A stretch of 50,451 nt of DNA, from assembly GCA_964584785.1 (NCBI GenBank), contig CAZPBY010000012.1:1-50451 (forward strand). Reading direction: 5' to 3'. How positions within the stretch are numbered: the first letter of the stretch is position 1; every line of letters begins with the position of its first letter. The notes beneath the pieces were generated by a model. The model was given only the letters and a program-made list of their open reading frames with translations, made no database searches and had not been told where the DNA came from. Source of the DNA: an uncultured Solibacteraceae bacterium (lineage in GTDB: Bacteria; Acidobacteriota; Terriglobia; 20CM-2-55-15). A program made the position numbers and the translations under genes. Positions 1-9,625 of the stretch are shown piece by piece.

Positions 1-314
1 GCCGATGCGCGGACGATTGTCAGTTCGGTCCAGCCGAACAGAAAAGCGGGAAGCCGGCCGAATCCCTCACGAAGATAGACATAAACCCCGCCGGCCTGAG
101 GATACATCGCAGCGAGCTCCGCGTACGTCAACGCCCCGGCGAGGACGAATACTCCTCCGAGGATCCATGCCGTCAGGAACAGGCTTTGATCGGGGATGCG
201 CGTGGCAATTCCCGCCGGCGAACGGAAGATCCCGCTTCCGATCGTGGAACCGACCAGCACGGCAACGGCACTCCACAAACCAAGTCTGCGCGGGAGCGCG
301 TCTTCGAGCGGCAT
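1..314 (-). CDS. APC-family amino acid permease, N-terminal fragment; the gene runs off the window edge
   Basis: I translated the minus strand manually from the ATG (reverse complement of cat at 312-314). It gives MPLEDALPRRLGLWSAVAVLVGSTIGSGIFRSPAGIA..., which has the APC-family GSGIF motif and hydrophobic TM segments. It is absent from the ORF track because it has no stop inside the window. It lies 28 bp downstream of the amidohydrolase gene on the same strand. Confidence 0.6.
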   Translation of the reverse strand, partial: MPLEDALPRRLGLWSAVAVLVGSTIGSGIFRSPAGIATRIPDQSLFLTAWILGGVFVLAGALTYAELAAMYPQAGGVYVYLREGFGRLPAFLFGWTELTIVRAS

Positions 315-342
315 TTTGTCAGCCTGTTGGAACACGCGTTAT

Positions 343-1575
343 TTACCGGTTGCTCGTGTTCCGCGAAGGCACGACATTCTTATAAACCTTTCCGCTTTTC
401 ATCACGAAAACAACGCGGCGAACGGCTGTGATGTCCTCGATCGGATTTCCCTGAACCGCGATGATGTCGGCGTCCATACCTGGAGCGATACTTCCGATCT
501 GGCTTTGCATGCGAATGGACTCCGCCGCTCGAGACTCTGCTGCGACGAGCGCATCCATCGGCTTTTGTCCTCCGTCGCGGACACGATAAATGAACTCTTC
601 ATAATCGCGGCCCAGGGCGCCCGCCACCGAGTCGGTGCCGAAGACGATTTTCAGGTTCCTGGCGAGCGCCCGTTTGAAGGTATCGATGCCGATGGGAATT
701 CCTTTCTCCATATACGCGAAGCCCTCTTCGTTGTAATTTCCAATGCCCAGAAATTTTGCTTTGTTCTCGATGTAGTTATGGAGAAGCAGGCCGAAATTGG
801 GATCGAAGTACGTCCCGCGCTGGGCCATCAGATTGATGACCTCGTCGGTCAACCGATTGCCGTGCTCTATGGATGTGCAGCCCGCGAGTACCGCGGCCTT
901 CGCGCCTTCAGGGCCCTGCGCATGAACCAGCGACCGCTTTCCGAGCTTCGCCGCTTCTGAACACGCCGCCTGAATCTGTTCATCGGTCATGGTCTGTGCG
1001 CCGCCGTCGCGAATGCTGTTCGTTGCAAAAATCTTGATGAGGTCCGCGCCCTCCGCGACGGTCTTCCTGACAAACTCACGAATCTCGTCCGGCGATCCGG
1101 TGCGCTCATTGATCTGCCGCAGTGAAGTCAGCACACGGGGACCCGGAATACTTCCGCGGGAAATCGCATCCCGCAGATCCTTGTCGCGCGGTTCCCCGAC
1201 ACTCTGAACCGTTGTGAAGCCGGCATTCAGCAGGTTGTAAGCATTCTCCACCATGTACAGCATGGACTGTTCGGGGGATTCATTCCTGTTGGTGTGACTT
1301 CTGCCGTCAGGATCGAAGTGAGCACCGATGTGCAGGTGCGTATTGATCCAGCCCGGCATAACCGTCAGGCCCCGAAGGTCGTAAACGACGCCCTGCGCGT
1401 TCGGGTCGAGTTTAGCGATCTTACCGGCCTGCACGACAATCGCGGTGTCCTTCATCATGCCGCCCTTCCCGTCGAACACGGTCGAGGCTTTGAGCACGAT
1501 CGGCAGGTCCTGCGCCGAAGCGGATATGGAAAAGAAGAACAGAAAAATCACGATCGCCCATGCATGAATTCTCAT
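343..1575 (-). CDS. Secreted metal-dependent amidohydrolase (amidohydrolase-1 family)
   Basis: The ORF track places the start at 1689, but the internal Met at 1573-1575 begins a signal peptide, MRIHAWAIVIFLFFFSISASAQ. It has the HxH metal motif (WINTHLHIGAHFD) and a C-terminal DADIIAV..NP motif typical of amidohydrolases. An SD-like AGGAA lies upstream. Confidence 0.8.
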   Translation of the reverse strand: MRIHAWAIVIFLFFFSISASAQDLPIVLKASTVFDGKGGMMKDTAIVVQAGKIAKLDPNAQGVVYDLRGLTVMPGWINTHLHIGAHFDPDGRSHTNRNESPEQSMLYMVENAYNLLNAGFTTVQSVGEPRDKDLRDAISRGSIPGPRVLTSLRQINERTGSPDEIREFVRKTVAEGADLIKIFATNSIRDGGAQTMTDEQIQAACSEAAKLGKRSLVHAQGPEGAKAAVLAGCTSIEHGNRLTDEVINLMAQRGTYFDPNFGLLLHNYIENKAKFLGIGNYNEEGFAYMEKGIPIGIDTFKRALARNLKIVFGTDSVAGALGRDYEEFIYRVRDGGQKPMDALVAAESRAAESIRMQSQIGSIAPGMDADIIAVQGNPIEDITAVRRVVFVMKSGKVYKNVVPSRNTSNR

Positions 1576-1680
1576 CGTCGTTCCTTTCGCGGAGTTTGCT
1601 GGGGAGAAGATAGTCGTTTCAGGCGGGCAGCGCAACCAATCGGCGGCTTGGATCGCATCTTCGATTTTTGTCGACAAGCG

Positions 1681-1701
1681 TGATGTCATTGTGATATCAT
1701 T
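1681..1701. promoter_or_regulatory. Candidate tandem operator, GTGATgTCAT t GTGATaTCAT, in the SPFH operon promoter. TGATATCA is a perfect palindrome, and a TAATAT -10-like box follows at 1704-1709.
   Basis: Two 10-bp near-identical repeats sit 11 bp centre-to-centre, 25 bp upstream of the SPFH start codon. This geometry suits a ribbon-helix-helix repressor, such as the Arc-like protein encoded in the operon. Confidence 0.3.
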
Positions 1702-1725
1702 TTAATATCAACCAAGGAGAAGATC

Positions 1726-2580
1726 ATGCTTCGGGAACAGGAGATCAAAGGGCTGCCGGGCTGGGTAGTGGTGTTCGTTCTGGTCGGGACCATCATGACG
1801 TCGATCTACATGCTTGCGACGGGCGGAGAGCCTCTGGCTCTCTGGATCGTGTTGATCATCTTGGCCGGATTTTGTTTTGCAGGCTTGACGGTTGTGAATC
1901 CGAACGAGGCGAAGGTGATTCAGTTGTTCGGCGTCTACAAGGGTTCGCTCAAGCAGCCGGGCTTCTGGTGGGTCAATCCACTAACGCAGCGACGCCGCGT
2001 ATCGTTGCGGATTCGAAATTTCGAAAGCAACAAGTTGAAGGTGAACGATCAGGACGGCAACCCCATCGAGATTGCGGCCGTCATTGTCTGGCGCGTAGTC
2101 GAGACGGCAGAGGCGGTGTTCCAGGTGGACGATTACGAGCACTTTGTTCACGTGCAGAGCGAAGCCGCAGTTCGCAACCTGGCGACGAGTTACCCTTACG
2201 ACGCGCACCTTCCGGATCAGATGTCGCTTCGAATGTCGGTGCTCGAAATTGCGCACAAGCTTCGCGACGAGATTCAGGAACGGCTCGCCAAAGCCGGCGT
2301 GGAAGTCGTGGAAGCTCGGATCAGCCATCTCGCCTACGCGCCCGAGATTGCGAATGCGATGCTGCGGCGGCAGCAGGCGAACGCCATCATCGCCGCCCGT
2401 CAAAAAATTGTGGAGGGCGCCGTCGGCATGGTCGAGATGGCTCTGGACCAGCTGAACGAAAAACAAGTCGTCGCACTCGACGAAGAACGCAAGGCGGCCA
2501 TGGTGAGCAACCTTCTTGTCGTGCTCTGCAGCGACCGGGACGCTCAGCCGGTCGTGAATACGGGCACCCTGTATCAATAA
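1726..2580 (+). CDS. SPFH/band-7 (stomatin/prohibitin-like) membrane protein
   Basis: There is an N-terminal TM pair followed by an SPFH core ([31 protein letters not shown] ... [40 protein letters not shown]). An AGGAGA SD sits 5 nt upstream of the ATG. Confidence 0.85.
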   Translation: MLREQEIKGLPGWVVVFVLVGTIMTSIYMLATGGEPLALWIVLIILAGFCFAGLTVVNPNEAKVIQLFGVYKGSLKQPGFWWVNPLTQRRRVSLRIRNFESNKLKVNDQDGNPIEIAAVIVWRVVETAEAVFQVDDYEHFVHVQSEAAVRNLATSYPYDAHLPDQMSLRMSVLEIAHKLRDEIQERLAKAGVEVVEARISHLAYAPEIANAMLRRQQANAIIAARQKIVEGAVGMVEMALDQLNEKQVVALDEERKAAMVSNLLVVLCSDRDAQPVVNTGTLYQ

Positions 2581-2602
2581 AGTTACCGGAGGATAGTGTC
2601 AG

Positions 2603-2794
2603 GTGGGGGAAAGGAAGGCATTCCCGTTGCGATTGGAGCCGGAAACATACGAAGCGTTGCAACGCTGGGCCGATGCCGAATTGCGCAGTCTGAATGCGCA
2701 AATCGAATTCCTGCTGCGACGCGCTCTTCAGGACGCCGGCCGGCTCACGGAGTCCAAATCGAAAGCACGCCCTTACCAGACACGAAAGAAATGA
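2603..2794 (+). CDS. Arc-like ribbon-helix-helix DNA-binding protein (63 aa)
   Basis: The segment [36 protein letters not shown] matches the Arc-like DNA-binding domain pattern (FPLRLP...L...A....RSLNAEI). Its stop TGA overlaps the next gene's ATG (ATGA at 2791-2794). Confidence 0.7.
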   Translation: MGERKAFPLRLEPETYEALQRWADAELRSLNAQIEFLLRRALQDAGRLTESKSKARPYQTRKK

Positions 2795-3555
2795 CGAAAC
2801 CGCAAACAATCTGGGAACCGCCACTCGGCCTCGACCGCTTGCGGCCTCGCGACGTTCGTTTGACCGGCGAGGCGATTGCGCTGCTGGTCCTTGTTGGCGC
2901 GCTCTTGATCGGCGCAGTTGCTTCCCTTGTTCTTCTGACCGACGTCACGCGTGAACAGAATGAAGAACAGCGACTGCTTCGCGAAGAAGGGTCGGACGCC
3001 CAGGGCATCGTGACTCGACTCTGGCGGACGTCCGAGAAATCGAACCCGGGCTGGGCCTCGTACACCTTCACATCATCCAAAGATGGCGCGGTCCATGAAG
3101 GACGCTCTCGAATCCCCGTGCGGCTCTGGAACAGTTTGCGTACGGGATCCATGATTTCCATCCGCTTCGTCCCCACACGTCCGGAAATGAATCGTCCAGA
3201 AATGATCGAACGGAATCCCACACCCATCTGGGTCGCGCCGATGACGGCTGCCGCGCTCGCGGCTACTGCCGGCTTGCTGACGTTACCGCTGCGAAAACAG
3301 CGTTTTCTCCTGGTCGAAGGACGCCCGGCGCCAGGCCGGGTCACGGGTCTGAAGAAGACGGACAAGGGATCCATCGTTCAATTCGAGTATCAGGTTCTAA
3401 GCGGGGCGACGAGAAGCGGACGAAGCGGCCCGATGCGTAAGCCACCGGGCGTAGGATCGAATGTTGTTGTGATCTACGATCCCAATGATCCCGAACGTCA
3501 CGCCCTTTATCCGTTACGGTTGGTGAAGCTGACGAGCGAGCGCCCACTGAGATAG
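2791..3555 (+). CDS. DUF3592-like two-TM membrane protein (two repeats of a TM + beta-rich module)
   Basis: The ORF track extends it back to 2596, but the in-frame ATG at 2791 overlaps the Arc gene's stop. Two TM helices ([41 protein letters not shown]) each precede a beta-rich module ending in a DUF3592-like V.YDP..P motif ([15 protein letters not shown]). Confidence 0.55.
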   Translation: MTKPQTIWEPPLGLDRLRPRDVRLTGEAIALLVLVGALLIGAVASLVLLTDVTREQNEEQRLLREEGSDAQGIVTRLWRTSEKSNPGWASYTFTSSKDGAVHEGRSRIPVRLWNSLRTGSMISIRFVPTRPEMNRPEMIERNPTPIWVAPMTAAALAATAGLLTLPLRKQRFLLVEGRPAPGRVTGLKKTDKGSIVQFEYQVLSGATRSGRSGPMRKPPGVGSNVVVIYDPNDPERHALYPLRLVKLTSERPLR

Positions 3556-3729
3556 CCGGGACTTTCGGAATTGTTTTACCTTTGAAGGCGAAGGCGGTTT
3601 GCTGGCCATTCGCGGGTTGAAAAGTGAAAGCAGCAGAATGCAACTCGAGATGCGCGATACCACAAATGTTCATCGGGCAGCGGATCATCATTATCCGAGG
3701 GAAGAATCAACCACTGGAATCCGCTCGAG

Positions 3730-4674
3730 CTATTCCGGATCGAATGGTTTTTCGGTAACCATCGCCAGCCAGGCTCGAGCGACCCGTTCGGTTGGAAGCC
3801 ACCCGGTAGCCTCTGTTCCGGTGGGCGCTCCTTCTGCAGGTCGAAAAGTCTTCGTTTTCAGATCGGCGATAAAGCCTGATTTCGCGTTTAACGGTTTGAG
3901 ATTTCCGCCGTCGAGACGCAGGCTGAGGACGTCTTCGTAAAGGATTCTGGCGACGTCGATCGACCGTCCAACCACATGCGCGACGGCTGATTCTTCCGCC
4001 AGTGCCCAAAGGGCGCCGGCGCGGCGATTCAGGTCGAAGAGGCCGGTGATGATGTGGACGCGTGAATCGAGATCTTTACCACCGATGAAAAGTATTCCCG
4101 GCACGTTGCGCGCAGCCTGCGAGGCCAGAGCGGTGTAGTAAATACCACCTTTATTCACGACAAACGCCAATACGCGCTCGGGCTTCCAGGCAACGAATTC
4201 ATAATTGAACTCGCCGCCGGCCGACATCCCCCACAGCAGCAACGGCGCTGTCGCAAGCTCGGGATGGTTGGAGCGTTCGGCAAACCTGTCCAGGGCCGTC
4301 AGCAGCGCCTGACCACTACCGCGGCTTACGTTGACGTAGTGTTCAATGAAGCTTTGGTCGTGCGCTTTATCTGTCAGGCGCACGCCGACCAAAGCGAGTC
4401 CGTGCCGGGTCGCGAAGGTCCGCCAGGTCTCGTCCTCAGCCATCGGACGGCCGTCGCCATTCGATCCGGGAACCAATATGAGCGCCGCCCGGACTGTTAG
4501 AACTTCCGGGGGCAGCCATAACCGGAACTCCGCCTTGTCGTAGTTTTCGCCGGGCGGGAGAGTTTGGTCGATCGACAATGCGCTCCCGGGAAGTCCCGCC
4601 GCGAACGAAACCGGCACCGCCCCAACCACCAGCATCACCAGTATTCCGAAACCCAACGCGTAGCTCGTCTTCAT
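3730..4674 (-). CDS. Secreted alpha/beta-hydrolase (esterase/peptidase-like)
   Basis: It has the GxSxG nucleophile elbow LWGMSAGGE. A signal peptide (MKTSYALGFGILVMLVVGAVPVSFAAG) begins at the internal Met at 4674, whereas the ORF track starts at 4713. Confidence 0.7.
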   Translation of the reverse strand: MKTSYALGFGILVMLVVGAVPVSFAAGLPGSALSIDQTLPPGENYDKAEFRLWLPPEVLTVRAALILVPGSNGDGRPMAEDETWRTFATRHGLALVGVRLTDKAHDQSFIEHYVNVSRGSGQALLTALDRFAERSNHPELATAPLLLWGMSAGGEFNYEFVAWKPERVLAFVVNKGGIYYTALASQAARNVPGILFIGGKDLDSRVHIITGLFDLNRRAGALWALAEESAVAHVVGRSIDVARILYEDVLSLRLDGGNLKPLNAKSGFIADLKTKTFRPAEGAPTGTEATGWLPTERVARAWLAMVTEKPFDPE

Positions 4675-4783
4675 TGATGCATCTCCCACTCCGGAGTCAG
4701 ACGATGTTATCAAATCCCCGGAAGCGTGGCAGCACTTAGCCTGTCGTCGGGCTATTTCAATTCTGTGTGAAGTATTCTCAGTC

Positions 4784-5944
4784 TTAGGAGCGTGTGAGAG
4801 AGGCCACGACCTGCTCGGCTACAAAATCGAGTTCGTCGTAGCCGATCGTCAGCGGGGGAAGAAAGCGCAGGACGGTACTGCCGGCGGGCATGGCGAGGAC
4901 GCCAAGGTCCATCAACTTCATCAGGTAAGGCTGGCCCTTTTCCTTGAGTTCGATCCCGACCATCAAGCCGAGGTGACGAATCTCGCGCACACTGTCGAAG
5001 GGATGCTCACGTAGCTTGCCCGTAAAGTAATCACCTTTCTGTTGCGCCTGCTTGTCGAGTTTGTTTTCCAGCATGAAGTCGATGGCCGCGCTCCCAGCGG
5101 CGCAAACAAGCGGATTGCCGCCAAACGTGCTGCCATGTTTGCCCATGGGGGGCTGAATCTTCTCCGAACAAACGGCAGCGCCCATTGGAAGGCCGCCGGC
5201 AATGGCCTTGGCAACGCACAGGATATCCGGCTCGAGGCCGAAGTGTTCGCACGCAAACATTCTGCCGGTGCGGCAGAAGCCGGTCTGAACTTCATCGATG
5301 ATCAATAAGAGATCCTTCTCGTCGCATAGTGTTCGGACCTGCCTGAAGTACTCGCCGCTTCCGACGTGCACGCCGCCCTCACCCTGAACGATTTCCAGAA
5401 TGATACCTGCAGTAGAGTCGTTTACCTTTTCCTGCAGCTTTTCGAAATTGTTGAATGGAACGTAAGTGAAACCGGGCACGACAGGTTCGAATTCCCTGCG
5501 ATATTCCGGATTGAATGTTGCGCTCATCGCGCCCATGGTACGGCCGTGGAAGCCGCGCATCGCACAGATGAACTCCGTTTTCCGGGTGGTGAAACGGGCG
5601 AACTTGATCGCGGCCTCAATGGTTTCCGTGCCGGAGTTGCACAGGAAAGCGCGCTTCAGGTTCCTCGGCGCAATGGACAAGAGTTTTTCCAGGAACGATG
5701 CCCGCGCATCGTTGTAGAGACTTGACGAGCAACTGATCAGGCGCCTTGCCTGCCGCTCCACTGCCGCTACGACGGTTTCATTGCCATGCCCAAGACTGGC
5801 CACACCGTGACCCGCAATGCAATCGATGTACTCGCGGCCGTTCTCGTCCCATACCTTCGCGTTCTTACCCCGCACGATCACGAGATCGCGCTTCGGGTAA
5901 ACGCTGAATTCGTACGCAGCTTCGAGTGCCTTGAAGTCCGTCAC
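4784..5944 (-). CDS. lysJ: Class III aminotransferase, acetylornithine / [LysW]-aminoadipate-semialdehyde aminotransferase
   Basis: It carries the PLP-enzyme motifs [20 protein letters not shown] and [11 protein letters not shown] (Lys). A GTG start overlaps the lysZ stop (GTGA), and it is the last gene of the lysW cluster. Confidence 0.85.
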   Translation of the reverse strand: MTDFKALEAAYEFSVYPKRDLVIVRGKNAKVWDENGREYIDCIAGHGVASLGHGNETVVAAVERQARRLISCSSSLYNDARASFLEKLLSIAPRNLKRAFLCNSGTETIEAAIKFARFTTRKTEFICAMRGFHGRTMGAMSATFNPEYRREFEPVVPGFTYVPFNNFEKLQEKVNDSTAGIILEIVQGEGGVHVGSGEYFRQVRTLCDEKDLLLIIDEVQTGFCRTGRMFACEHFGLEPDILCVAKAIAGGLPMGAAVCSEKIQPPMGKHGSTFGGNPLVCAAGSAAIDFMLENKLDKQAQQKGDYFTGKLREHPFDSVREIRHLGLMVGIELKEKGQPYLMKLMDLGVLAMPAGSTVLRFLPPLTIGYDELDFVAEQVVASLTRS

Positions 5945-6732
5945 TGAATAGTCGTCCCGTTTCCGGCAAGAGCATCGCGGATCGGGTGTTCCACCCTGCC
6001 GTCGCTGATGAAAATTCGGCTCGCGCCGTTGGCAGCGAGCCTTCGTAGGGCGAGCATCTTTCGTTTCATACGGCCTTCGACCTGAGCTTCCCGCAATTCC
6101 AGTTCTGCTTTAGAGATGTGCCGCACGAGAGAATCCGCGTTGTGAATATCGTCCATGAACCCCGGCGCCTCGATCAATTGGATGATCGTGCCCGCATGAA
6201 GGGTTTCCTGCAAGAGACTGACGATGTCGTCGTTTTCGGAATTAATCGCAGTGTTGTTTTCGTCGAGAATCGGGATGCAAAGCACCGGTATGTAGCCGTG
6301 GTCCAGCAACAGTGTGATCAGTTGGTGATTCACGCTTCTGGGCTTGCCGGAGTAGTCATGCATCATGATGGTCTTCTCGTTCTGGCGGACGCGGATGCCT
6401 TTGTTGCGGGCGCCTTGCACGATCTTGCCGTCGATTCCCGAGAGTCCGACCGCGTTGATGCCATATTGCTGGCACAGTTCGACGAGGCGCTTATTCTGAA
6501 GGCCGGCATAACCCATCATGATCGCATCGATGGCCTTCTCGTCCGTCAGTACGCTGCTGTAGCCGGACACCGACGTGACGGTTTTCGTCGGGTGTCCCAT
6601 CTTCGTCGCGATATCGTCGCGCACAGCATTCGCGCCGTGGACGATGATGTATTTTTCGTTCAGGCCCGCCAGATCCTGAACCACACCTTTCAAATTGACC
6701 TCTCTTCCGCCGCCGACTTTAACGATAATCAT
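5941..6732 (-). CDS. lysZ: Amino-acid kinase family, [LysW]-aminoadipate kinase / acetylglutamate kinase
   Basis: The N-terminus MIIVKVGGG and the motif IIVHGANAV match the ArgB/LysZ fold. Its start ATG overlaps the upstream gene's stop (ATGA). Confidence 0.85.
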   Translation of the reverse strand: MIIVKVGGGREVNLKGVVQDLAGLNEKYIIVHGANAVRDDIATKMGHPTKTVTSVSGYSSVLTDEKAIDAIMMGYAGLQNKRLVELCQQYGINAVGLSGIDGKIVQGARNKGIRVRQNEKTIMMHDYSGKPRSVNHQLITLLLDHGYIPVLCIPILDENNTAINSENDDIVSLLQETLHAGTIIQLIEAPGFMDDIHNADSLVRHISKAELELREAQVEGRMKRKMLALRRLAANGASRIFISDGRVEHPIRDALAGNGTTIQ

Positions 6733-7382
6733 CGCGCCCCCGACGTGATTCCGAACGACCGGAACGTTCCGCTCTCGATCTTCTCCCAGCGCTCCGGGCC
6801 TGGTAAGACTTCGGATGCGATCACCAGCCTCCCGCTGTCCGTGGTGAACTGCATGGTGAAATAGTCGGGGTCCTCGTTGAACAACGATGCGACGTAAACG
6901 GTCGACATGTCCGCCATAATGATGTTCATCGCTCGAATGTACGTGGTTCGTTTACGGATGACTTCCACGCCGCGCTCGAGAGCATCGATCATATCTCCGC
7001 GGTCGAAGCGCTTGATGAAGTTGAATATCTTCTCGGCACCGATCCTGCCTTTCTCCGAGATGCGCACTCCTCGAAGTTCGCCGTTGAAGATGAACACATG
7101 ACGATCGTCGTAGAAGGGCATGTTGTTCTCCACGGCAATGCCTTCGTCCTTGAACGCGCTCCGCGCGTGCGCCAGCAGGAGCCGGCTTTTTCCGAACTCA
7201 AAGCGGGATTCCCAGATCGGTTGAATGTTCTTGTAATGTTTCCACGCGCCGTCCTCGATGTACGCACAGCCCCAGCCGTGACCCTGAAATTCCCTGCTAT
7301 GTTTCGCGATGAAAGCGAGCCGCTCCAGTTGCTCCGCGACTGCAAATTCATGGTCGGACTTTACGAGCAGAAGCCGGCACAT
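6729..7382 (-). CDS. Class II glutamine amidotransferase-like Ntn hydrolase (GATase_4/YafJ type), embedded in the lysW cluster
   Basis: The N-terminal Met-Cys nucleophile (MCRLLLV), LAHARSAF, NNMPFY and FIFNGEL are all class II GATase hallmarks. It is coupled to argC upstream (1-nt gap) and to lysZ downstream (ATGA overlap). Confidence 0.75.
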   Translation of the reverse strand: MCRLLLVKSDHEFAVAEQLERLAFIAKHSREFQGHGWGCAYIEDGAWKHYKNIQPIWESRFEFGKSRLLLAHARSAFKDEGIAVENNMPFYDDRHVFIFNGELRGVRISEKGRIGAEKIFNFIKRFDRGDMIDALERGVEVIRKRTTYIRAMNIIMADMSTVYVASLFNEDPDYFTMQFTTDSGRLVIASEVLPGPERWEKIESGTFRSFGITSGAR

Positions 7383-7383
7383 T

Positions 7384-8448
7384 TTAAAGAGGATGAAGAC
7401 CGGGGAATTCCAGGCCCGCGGTTTCGTCGAATCCGTGCATCAGGTTGAACGCCTGGACCGCTTGACCGGCCGCGCCCTTCATCAAATTGTCGATGGCGCT
7501 GATGACGACAAGGCGATTCGATTTCTCGTCCCTCTGAAATCCGATATCGCAGTAGTTCGTGCCCGCAAGCCATTTGGGCTCCGGGTAACGGTACGTTCCT
7601 TCGGCTTCTTTAACGATCCGGATAAACGGCTCCTGACCGTAAACCTGCCGCAGGACTTTCCAGATGTCCTTGTCCGCCAGCTTGTCTTTCAAAAACACGT
7701 GAGACGTCGCGAGCGCACCGCGCACTAATTCAACTGAAGTGACCGACAGGTGAATCTGGATGGGGTTGCCGAAGCTTAATTCCTGCAGGACCTCGCCTGT
7801 GTGGCGATGCCCGGTAGGCATGAACGAACGCACGGCCCCACTGCGTTCCGGATGATGCGAGGAAGCGCTCGGTATATTGCCGCCTTCGCTCGACCCGACC
7901 TTGACTTCAACAACGGTGCGGTCCGGTTCAACGAGTCCGAGCTTATAAAAAGGATACAGCCCCAGGATGGTCGCGGTCGCGTTACAACCTGCACTGGATA
8001 CGAGATCGGCTCCTCTCATCTCATCTCGATGCAGTTCGGGTATGCCGTAAACAAACGTACCCAGAAGGTCGGGCCGTGCGTGGGGCTTGCCATACCAGTC
8101 CTTATAGGCAGTCTCGGTCCGCAAACGGAAGTCGGCGCTCAGATCGACGATTTTGCGGCCGACCGATTTGAAGAAATCGATCTTTCCCATGGCTTCGCCA
8201 TGCGGCAAGCAGCTGAACAGCACGTCGCACGAACGCAACTCGTCCAATTTCGAAAACTGCAGCTCGGTTTTCTTCCGCAGATTCGGGTGAGCCTTGAAAA
8301 CCAACTTGCCGGCCAGGCGCTCGGAAGTGACCTGCATTATTTCGACGCGCGGATGGCCCAGCAGCACTCGCAATAATTCGCCGCCGGTATAACCCGACCC
8401 GCCGGCTATGGCGCACTTTACTTTGTCCACCATGCTACTTTCCGGCAA
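7384..8448 (-). CDS. lysY: N-acetyl-gamma-glutamyl-phosphate / [LysW]-aminoadipyl-phosphate reductase
   Basis: It has the NAD(P) Rossmann motif [17 protein letters not shown] and the ArgC family fold, over 354 aa. Its start overlaps the lysX 3' end by 14 nt. Confidence 0.9.
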   Translation of the reverse strand: MPESSMVDKVKCAIAGGSGYTGGELLRVLLGHPRVEIMQVTSERLAGKLVFKAHPNLRKKTELQFSKLDELRSCDVLFSCLPHGEAMGKIDFFKSVGRKIVDLSADFRLRTETAYKDWYGKPHARPDLLGTFVYGIPELHRDEMRGADLVSSAGCNATATILGLYPFYKLGLVEPDRTVVEVKVGSSEGGNIPSASSHHPERSGAVRSFMPTGHRHTGEVLQELSFGNPIQIHLSVTSVELVRGALATSHVFLKDKLADKDIWKVLRQVYGQEPFIRIVKEAEGTYRYPEPKWLAGTNYCDIGFQRDEKSNRLVVISAIDNLMKGAAGQAVQAFNLMHGFDETAGLEFPGLHPL

Positions 8449-9283
8449 CCCGAAGCACGTAATCGACGATCATTTTCGGAATATCGACGCCGGTCGTGGT
8501 GATGCTGTTACGAAACTCCATGGTGTAGTTCACTTCGTTGACCTGGAGTCCGCGCTCGGTTTCGAAGATATCGATGGCGACAACTCCACCGCCCACAGCG
8601 TTTGCAGCTCGCACCGAAAGATCCTTCAGCTCGTTTGTCAACGGACAGTTGAATGCCTTGCCTCCCTGAGCGGTGTTCGTGATCCAGTGGTCCGAAACCC
8701 GATAGATGGCCGCGATGCATTCATCGCCGACGACGAAGCTTCGAATATCGCGCCCTTTTTTCTCGATGTATTTCTGAATGTAGAAAATCGAGTGATGGTA
8801 GCTTCCGAGCGTGACCTTGTGCTCGAGGATCGTTTCAGCAGCATCCCGATCATTGACCTTGGCGAGCAGCCTTCCCCACGAACCCACGGCCGGTTTCAGC
8901 ACGACCGGGTATCCCATCGCTTCGATGGCCTGCAGCGCCGATTCCTCCGTGAATGCGATCCGCACTTCCGGCTGCGGCACTTTGTGCTCTTCGAGCGCGA
9001 TCGACGTCAGCATCTTGTCGCCGCAGATCGTCGCGACGTGCGAAGTATTTACGCATTTCACTCCCGCCGATTCGAACAGTCGCAACGCGTGAAGCGCTCG
9101 AGAATGGTTGATGCATCTTTCCAGGACGACATCGAAAGGAAAGTGATCTCTGCCGAGGTTGAACGCCAGTTTCCGGTCGTCGAGCATCACGGTCTCAACG
9201 CCGCCACGACTCGCAAACTCCTTGAGGATGAATTTTTCCTCGGGACGAATGAGCGAGTGGAGAAAACCGACTTTGATGCTCAT
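8435..9283 (-). CDS. lysX: RimK/ATP-grasp ligase LysX (alpha-aminoadipate--LysW ligase)
   Basis: The ATP-grasp fold is evident ([41 protein letters not shown]). The true start is MSIKVGFLH at 9281-9283, with a GAGGAGG SD; the ORF track's extension to 9364 covers lysW. Its ATG overlaps the lysW stop (ATGA). Confidence 0.85.
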   Translation of the reverse strand: MSIKVGFLHSLIRPEEKFILKEFASRGGVETVMLDDRKLAFNLGRDHFPFDVVLERCINHSRALHALRLFESAGVKCVNTSHVATICGDKMLTSIALEEHKVPQPEVRIAFTEESALQAIEAMGYPVVLKPAVGSWGRLLAKVNDRDAAETILEHKVTLGSYHHSIFYIQKYIEKKGRDIRSFVVGDECIAAIYRVSDHWITNTAQGGKAFNCPLTNELKDLSVRAANAVGGGVVAIDIFETERGLQVNEVNYTMEFRNSITTTGVDIPKMIVDYVLRVAGK

Positions 9284-9444
9284 TGCCCCCAATCCTCCTC
9301 TTCGGTCGGGGCCTCGGCGAGTATCGCAGGATGGACCCCTTTGACTTCCAGTTCCGAACCGCATTCCTTGCAGGAAATGAGTTCTCCCACCACCGCATCG
9401 TCACCCAGGTTCACCGTGGCACCGCAAATGGGACACTCAGCCAT
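9280..9444 (-). CDS. lysW: Amino-group carrier protein LysW (54 aa, zinc ribbon plus acidic EDWGQ tail)
   Basis: Manual translation gives [54 protein letters not shown]. The CxxC...CxxC zinc ribbon and C-terminal EDWG tail are diagnostic of LysW. A GGAGGA SD sits upstream. The ORF is below the 60-aa cutoff of the supplied track. Confidence 0.85.
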   Translation of the reverse strand: MAECPICGATVNLGDDAVVGELISCKECGSELEVKGVHPAILAEAPTEEEDWGQ

Positions 9445-9625
9445 TGTCGAATTCCTCCAGGTTCAATCAATCTCGCAAGACGTCAGCGCAGACTGTGAAG
9501 TTTAGCGTGAATAAGTCGAAGCCGTGTAGACTTTGAGCCGATGAGGCGGGCAGTCCCGTTGACCGCGCGGTTCTCTTACCAGCGTCCTTTTGTGGATCAC
9601 GGTCTGCGCATCCGGTCCCATTCAG

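Noticed and set aside
5-960. Plus-strand ORFs 5..385 and 196..960
   Set aside because: They are antisense to the APC permease fragment and the amidohydrolase. The translations are Arg/Pro-rich and show no domain signatures.
1872-2693. 273-aa plus-strand ORF (Arg/Gly/Ser-rich)
   Set aside because: It is an alternative frame of the SPFH gene, and its extreme Arg content is typical of an out-of-frame GC-rich translation.
9195-9404. 69-aa minus-strand ORF overlapping the lysW region
   Set aside because: It is in a different frame from the true 54-aa lysW and its translation is Arg-rich nonsense. The lysW reading frame gives the zinc ribbon and EDWGQ tail.
9445-9625. Possible lysine riboswitch or leader upstream of lysW
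   Set aside because: No L-box-like conserved core could be recognised by eye, and only generic promoter-like elements are present. The question is left open, but no positive evidence supports it.
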